The translations under genes and the position numbers were made by a program. A stretch of DNA of 64,000 nt, taken from the NCBI GenBank assembly GCA_905178155.1, contig CAJINV010000011.1, positions 2,375,331 through 2,439,330 of the forward strand. The letters run 5' to 3'. The first letter of the stretch is position 1. The number at the start of each line of letters is the position of its first letter. Below are positions 57,627 to 64,000 of this stretch, piece by piece. This DNA is from Amoebophrya sp. A120. Taxonomy: Eukaryota; Protista; Dinoflagellata. The notes under the pieces are model-generated. The model did not search any database. It was not told where the DNA came from and was given only the letters and a program-made list of their open reading frames with translations.

Positions 57627-60600
57627 ATGCAGCACCCACAAAGCACGCCCCCCCGAACGACCGGGAGCAGCACTGGTCGACGGGGGGCACACGCACAACG
57701 GTCTGAATCGTCCTGCGCATCTTCAACTACAGCCGCGTCCGGTGGTGCACAACTACCGAATGGTGCGAAGACCTGTATGATACCGAGAAGGCAACAGCAA
57801 GGCCGCGCTGCTTCGAGCAGTGGCTCAACTGCGATGTTGAATCAATCGTCGATATCGAAGTTTAAGATGACCAGCGCGACGCCAACATCTACATCGTCCC
57901 ATGTTGCAGCTGTGGGCGCCAGCAACTCCAGCAGGATAATATTGCCACCCGAAAATGCTTCTATCCTTTCGCATGATCTCGACGACCACGCAGCGGGACC
58001 GCGATCAGCCAGCATGAGAGGAGTGGAATCATCGACCACGCCAGCTCCATCAAGTAGTGAAGGTGCACCAAATATTAGATTGCAAGCCGGTCGTAAAAAA
58101 GTAAACGACACCAGGCTCCTACACAGAGCAGAAGTTCTTGGAGTTGCACAAGCAGGAGAATCGATTTCTCCTGCTACACGACCGCCCGCGGACCACAGCA
58201 GCGGGGCTTCTTCTTGCTCCATCAATAATATTTCTGCCGACGTGGACATGCCCCAGTACGTTACCAGCATGTTCTGCGACGCCAACAGCGCACCAAAGGC
58301 TGCTGCCGTAGCGGCATCGGCCAGGAGGACGACCGCAGGGATGGCCCCCCCTGGTGGTGCAACAACTACATCCTCGGAGTCAGCTGCGGGAAAGAGGAAC
58401 AAATCGGGACCGGGAGCAACGACTCCGAATCTCCATCAGGGTAGTTCTTGCACTTCTTCCACACTGTCGTCACCACGCGGTGCAGCTCACCTCGCAAATG
58501 CAAGAAAGACAAACCCATCGCACTTTCCGACCGTGCAGCCGCTGCGAGGGATCAAGCTTGGGTCACCAATTGAGGTATAGCTTGTGGTCGTTGTGACACG
58601 AGGACCTATAATTTTTTCTATAACCACTACATGTACTACAGCGTCGTGCTAAGTACTTATTTTTCCATAGAACTCGTCACACGACCCTGGCTTGGTAAGT
58701 GTGGTTGAGTAAATTTTGATACGTCGTACACCTCTTCATGGAAATAAATGCAGCAAGATTCATTACATCGCCATGCCAAAAATCTAATGCGGCGTAAAAA
58801 TTTTTAGGTGCCGAACAAATACGAGATGGAGACTTGTCGCAAGATTTACGGCGAGCGCGCCGTTTTTCTACACGTATATGACCTTGATCCGGTGACAGCG
58901 CGACTAAACCGGCTTTCCATGAGTGTCGCGAACGCAGGGCTTTTCCATGTGGGCGTCGAAGTCTTTCGCGAGGAATGGTTCTACTGCAAGGTTTGTGGGA
59001 ATCACCCTCTGCAAACAGGTATCAATATGGCGAAATTATATCACGACGAGCGAGTAGTTCTATCGTCGCATGGCATATAATTGACTTGTAAGCTGTAGCT
59101 GCTGCACATTTTCGTATAATATCGCTGAGTTTGCTGTGCTGGATAATTCTGCGCAAGTATCCCTTGAAAAATTGTTTACGAAATTGAAAGGATGCCTATA
59201 GTATTTGAAAAACTAAAACTCTCTAGGTATTGTCCACACCGTCCCGATGGAGGGTGGGGGCCACGTGTACCGGCAAAGCTTTTACATGGGTGAGAGTTAT
59301 GAAATGCAAAAATGTCTGGGTCGGGAAGGATGCAAGGTTCGTCATGCACATTTTGCATGAGTCCTGATGTCTGTGATGCATGCCCTAGCATCACAGATTT
59401 TGTGAGGGCTTTCTGATGCCTATACCGCATGAGAAATGCCCTCTCGCAATGGAAAAGGCTGGGCCTTATTTGCTGTTCATGCAATACAGATTTTTGTAGA
59501 ATCCAGCTGCAGCATCACAAGTTCGCATCCTTCCAGACATCCAGGGATTTTTGCATTTGATAAGAGTCCCTTTTCCGCCAAGGAGTTCTGGCGGCTGCTG
59601 ACCAAGGTCCGGTCGCGGTGGTTGGCCAGCGACTATGAGCTCTGGTCCAAGAACTGCCAGCACTTCGCCATCGAGATCTGCCGCGAGCTGGACCTCGCGC
59701 CCGTGCCGGACTTCATCACCAACCTGCCCCGGTGCATCACGAAGGACTATTTGAGTGCGGTGGACGAAGAACACGATGTGGACAAGGAGAGCAGCAGCTC
59801 TTGTTCCTCCGTCACGTACCCACCCACTTCCTCGTGTAGCGAGAAGTTCTCCTGTGTAGGAGCAACTGGGACGACTGCGTCCGCCGCGCAGGCCGGCGGC
59901 ATTCTTGAGGACAACTACGAGATGTTGACTACAGCCACGACTTGTGGCAAGAACACCAACGCGATCGGCAGAGGATATCCAGCGCCTGCTGAGCGAGCTG
60001 TATTGTCCTCGTCCGGGAATCAACAACAGTCCTTGATGCAGCCGGGTCAGCAACAGCAGCTTTACCAGACTTCAAAGAGAAGTTCCTGCACTAGTACAAC
60101 AACTTCCGCGACTTGTTCTGCTGGAGCGGCCCTCGTTGGTGGGATAACCACGACAACACCCCCTTTAGGAAGCGGAGTAATTATAAGCGGTGCGGGGCCC
60201 ACGACCACGGCCGCGTCGACAACAAGCAGCTGTACTTTAGATGTTAATACTGCAGCTTCTTCAAGTTCTTGTACCAGAGCGGCGGCACTACAGCACACGC
60301 CCGCAACCACGTCGAGCACAGCGACCGCTGTGGAACGCGAGCGAGAGGACTTCGCGGAGCTCGACGCGGAACTCGACGCAGCCGGACCGCTTTTATGCTG
60401 CAACGGAAGCGACAGCGACCACGTACGCAAGAGAGTACTGTCGTACTCGAAGCACCTGCAGCATCGCATAGCACAGACTGCTGAAATGAAAAAGACAATG
60501 ACTAGCAATAGTACTTCTAAAGCAGGTGTAGTGGGCAGTAAAATTCTACCGTCGTGGTTGTTGCGAAAGAATGACAACAACTCTGGTAAGGGGGAGCAGA

Positions 60601-63600
60601 ATGATAAAAAGACCTCGACGGCGCCGGCCGGTGCAGCGGGCGACACCGCTTCTAGTAGAAGTAGTGCGTGTACGGGTAAGATAAATAGTAGCTTCGAGCA
60701 AGTGGGTTTCTTGGCCCCTGAGCAAGATGTGAGGAGCGAAAGAACCTCAAGCGATACTAGTAGCCAAGAACCTGAAAGGACACTCCTTAGTCGGGACGCG
60801 GGCAGCTCTTCTAGTTCGTCGACTGGGTCCGCCGACAAGGCTTCGTTTCCATTTCTGCCCGCAGACTACCACCTCCGGAGGGGGTCCAGTACAGGAAGTG
60901 CTGGCGCGGTGTCCGGCACTTCTTCCTGGTCTTGCTCTTCCGACGAAGCCGATAGGGAACAAGACGAGGCCCGCCAGGGCACCACCACCAGGAAAGTATC
61001 GTGCGTGGAGGCAGATACACCTCCTAGCACGCGGCGCTCCAAAAGACACAGAACGTGCTCCGCAGATGAGCTAGGAAACAAGCAAGGAGGCGCAGGCTCG
61101 TTCTCGCGTACTAGATTGCGCACACATAGCCTCACGACTCGAAGAGAAGCAAGTGCACGCAGCGGTGAACAAACTGGTGGCAAAAGTTGTAAAACTTCTG
61201 CACGAGGAGAACATGTTGCTTCCGTCTACTCTGTGTCGCCAACGCAGAGCAGGAGAAGTAGCTCCGACAACATTTCGCCCTTTGTCCACCCGAAAGCTTC
61301 GAGACGGTCGAGGAAAATAAACAGTACCCCTGTGAAAATGTTGAGCTACCCCTACCCCAAGAGCAAGACCACTACCGCGGGTAATATGCAAGAATGCGCA
61401 AGAGCAGGGGTTTATGTTGACAACGACAGTAAAACAAAAAGCGCCACGGCCACGAAAGCGCAAATAGCTGCAAACAAGAATAAATCCTCGACCACTTCTG
61501 TGTGGAGCGAATTTAGTTGTAAATTGCTCCGGCTGTGGTCCAAGAATAATGCTACTAGCAGTAGGCTCCTGAACTCCAATGTGGATCACCACTACAGAAT
61601 ACTATTAAATTCGAATTGTAGTCGTGGTATTGACGACGCTAGTAGTGATAGCCAGCACAGCAGTGCTATTGCCGATGCAGATAAGGAGTGCTTCGAAAAC
61701 TTGGTTCCCCGGCTAACAACTTCATCCGTGGAGGACTGCAGTCTGGAGCGATTCCCCCGCGTCAGCCGCGAGGACGTGCTGTCCACGAGCAACGGCTGCC
61801 ACATGAGTCCGGTGCGCAAGCCGACGACCTCTGGGAGCGCGACTAGTACCATCGCGGCTGCACCAATGTCGCACGAGCTGCACCAAGAACAGCGCTTGCA
61901 CGAGGAGAAGCAGTTTAGTCGACGAGTGGAAGACCAAGACTCATCTACTGCCCACGATCCAATGGAGGTGGAACTCCAGATGGAGCCGAACAGTGCTACT
62001 AGCGTTTTAGTACCAGTTCCTATGAAAATTCCGACTGCAGCTGCAGCAGAACATGTAGTTACCGGTCAAGCGCAACGAACAGGACAGCGCGGGGACGGGA
62101 TGTGCAAGAACGTGGAGATCGTGCATGATGAACTACTATGCATTGCAAATATGTCTGGGTCTGGAAGATTGTAACTTGTAATGCGTATTTCAGAACACAG
62201 AAAAGTCTCGCATGCATACGTAGCAAAGGCTCCCACTTTTTGTCTGCAAAATAGGGGCTTGTCATGCGGATTCGGCATTGCGGAAGGTTCTCGAAACCTG
62301 TGATGCTAGAGCTTCCATGCCAGACCTTCTGTGTCATGCAAAAACAGCATGGCTCTTCCAGACCCAGACATTTTTGCATTTGATAACTACAACCGTCGCA
62401 GGACGTGGTCACCAGGACTGCAGCGACGACCAACCAAAATGCGGAACTTTCCACCGGTCATGACAGCATACTGCTATCTAGCAGACCAGAGCAACAGAAT
62501 GTCCTTCGGCAACAGAATGTTTCCTCGGCGACAGTAGATCCGCAGAAACTTATAGTACAACAGCCGGCTCCGGTTGTGGAGCCTGAGCGATCAGACGTGC
62601 CAGCGCAAGTGATGTGGATGGGAACTACAACCGGCGCAACTGGTGAAGACGACTGTCCGTATGTTTCCTCCACACCAGTGAACAACAGCAGCACTGCTCC
62701 CGATAGCTTCGCCGCTGGTTCTACTTGCACGACCAGGACCAAGAACACCAGCATGTTTGATGACACAGCAACATCAACAACAGGAGCACGAACAACGACC
62801 GGAGCTGCTGGTGTTGCGCAGCACGCAGCTGTTAACAAGCAGGACTTACTGTACCGGGACTTCGTCGTGGACCAGTCGCTGCACCTGCGGAAGCACCACC
62901 AGAACTACACCGCGTCCCACCTCCTGCACGCGGACGACAACAGCACAACGGCAGACGGCAGCAAGGACGCGTTGTCGGACGACGAGACCTCGGCCATGAC
63001 TTTGGATATGGACCAGAGCAGCCCGCGGACCCGCGCCAGCTTCTACCGGGGGGCGCGCAGCGCCCAGATGGCGCGCGGGGTCGGAGGCGCGTCCAGCACC
63101 AGCAGTCGCACCAGCAGCAGCCGGGGAAACAGCGTCATGTTTCACCGAGCGGATCATACCACCGATCATCGAGCTGTCTTTGCGCCGTCAAGGTATGCAA
63201 GTTTTTAAATACCTGAATATACTATGTATCATTTTATTTCACACTTGTACTTATTCTTACATACGACACCTCTACGATCCGGGATCATCCTCTCTCCACG
63301 CCTCGACCTTGGTCCGCGGGCGACGCAGTTAGAGTTTTAGGATTTAGCATATTTCGGGTTCCTATTTTGATCTTCTAGTGATACACGACCACACAATCAG
63401 ATCTATTTTCGCTCCCAACGGCGCTGCAGCGTTCGCACCGGCGAACTTTGACAAGACCAATTCGACGATGTCCTCTTCCACCCAGCAGGCGTTACTGCTG
63501 TCCAAGCGGCGCCAGCAGCAGGGCAAGAAGAACTACGTGGACAAGCGCAAGTTTGCCTCGCGCATCGAGTCCACCGTCCGCGACAGCCAATTTGCCGAGG

Positions 63601-64000
63601 ATTTGGATTCGAGCTCGCTGGACATGCGACGACAAGAGCAGGTGATCAACGACTTCATCCTGGAGAAGACCACGAGCGGAGATGAGGAGGAAAATGTCCT
63701 CTACGCAGCCGAGGATTTGATGGACTGCGAGCGACAAGAACTTTTAGGAGGTGCCCGACAAACAGCGTTAGTTGTACCGGGGTCGACCACCATGATGACC
63801 AACAGCGCGACCACAGGAGCTGCAGGTGGAACAAATGACAGAACCAGCCCGGTGGGAACGAGAACCATATCAAGCGCTGCTCCTGCTCAGTCTTCTCCTG
63901 GCTCCTCCGCGCAGCGACCAGCCGACGCCGCGTTCGACCAGCCGACGGGGCGGCTGTGTCGCGCGGCGACCACCGGCGCAAATAGTAACCACGCGAGTGC
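57627..64000 (+). CDS. PPPDE/DeSI-family peptidase with long low-complexity extensions; 3' end outside the window
   Basis: VFLHVYDL, GLFHVGVEVFREEWFY (catalytic His), HVYRQSFYMGES and DYELWSKNCQHFA (catalytic Cys). GT-AG introns at 58575-58807, ~59019-59227 and 63193-63400, plus two introner-like elements. Confidence 0.88.
59298..59562. mobile_element. Introner-like element family A, 265 bp (same orientation as 12848)
   Basis: TATGAAATGCAAAAAT...ATTTTTGCATTTGATA; DR AGAGT; removal gives MGES-PFSAKEF. Confidence 0.93.
62137..62385. mobile_element. Introner-like element family A, 249 bp
   Basis: TATGCATTGCAAATATGTCTGGGTCTGGAAG...CTTCCAGACCCAGACATTTTTGCATTTGATA; DR ACTAC; removal joins ORF 59436 to ORF 62405 (DEL-QPSQD). 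Confidence 0.93.
63325..63374 (+). repeat. Second copy of the TTTAGGG-like intronic motif
   Basis: Matches 42283-42332 with about 8 mismatches. Confidence 0.7.

Noticed and set aside
8975-62278. Recurrent ORF peptides such as [26 protein letters not shown] and KIPPPHIE
   Set aside because: They are translations of the introner TIRs in different frames, not a protein repeat family.
1-64000. tRNA/rRNA genes, dinoflagellate spliced-leader relics, autonomous transposase
   Set aside because: None recognised by eye; a covariance-model or HMM search would be needed to exclude them.

Overview
Gene-dense eukaryotic (protist) DNA with every supportable gene on the + strand. The genes are an unknown partial gene, a nodulin-like MFS transporter, Leo1, a PX-WD40 protein, a tandem-domain PPi-dependent phosphofructokinase, a PPR + nucleotidyltransferase fusion, Vps45, three orphan proteins starting MGxxxS, and a PPPDE/DeSI peptidase that runs off the end. 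The dominant signal is about 25 short (148-321 bp) insertions, almost all inside exons. They belong to at least four multi-copy families plus singletons and share one architecture: 5'-TAT...ATA-3' ends, terminal inverted repeats (TIRs), a 5-bp flanking direct repeat (DR; perfect in 19 cases) and a repeated internal TGT(C/G/A)ATGC motif. Removing the element plus one DR restores conserved reading frames exactly, yet none of the 19 perfect-DR cases gives GT-AG, and the same family works in both orientations. This looks like a transposon-derived, non-canonical intron (introner) system alongside ordinary GT-AG introns. It resembles what has been reported for the parasitic dinoflagellate Amoebophrya (organism identity is my inference), and I know of no established excision mechanism. 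Also present: a Harbinger-like MITE, a foldback insert flanked by a 47-bp exon duplication, and GC-rich non-coding islands. Coordinates were counted by hand and may be off by a few bases.
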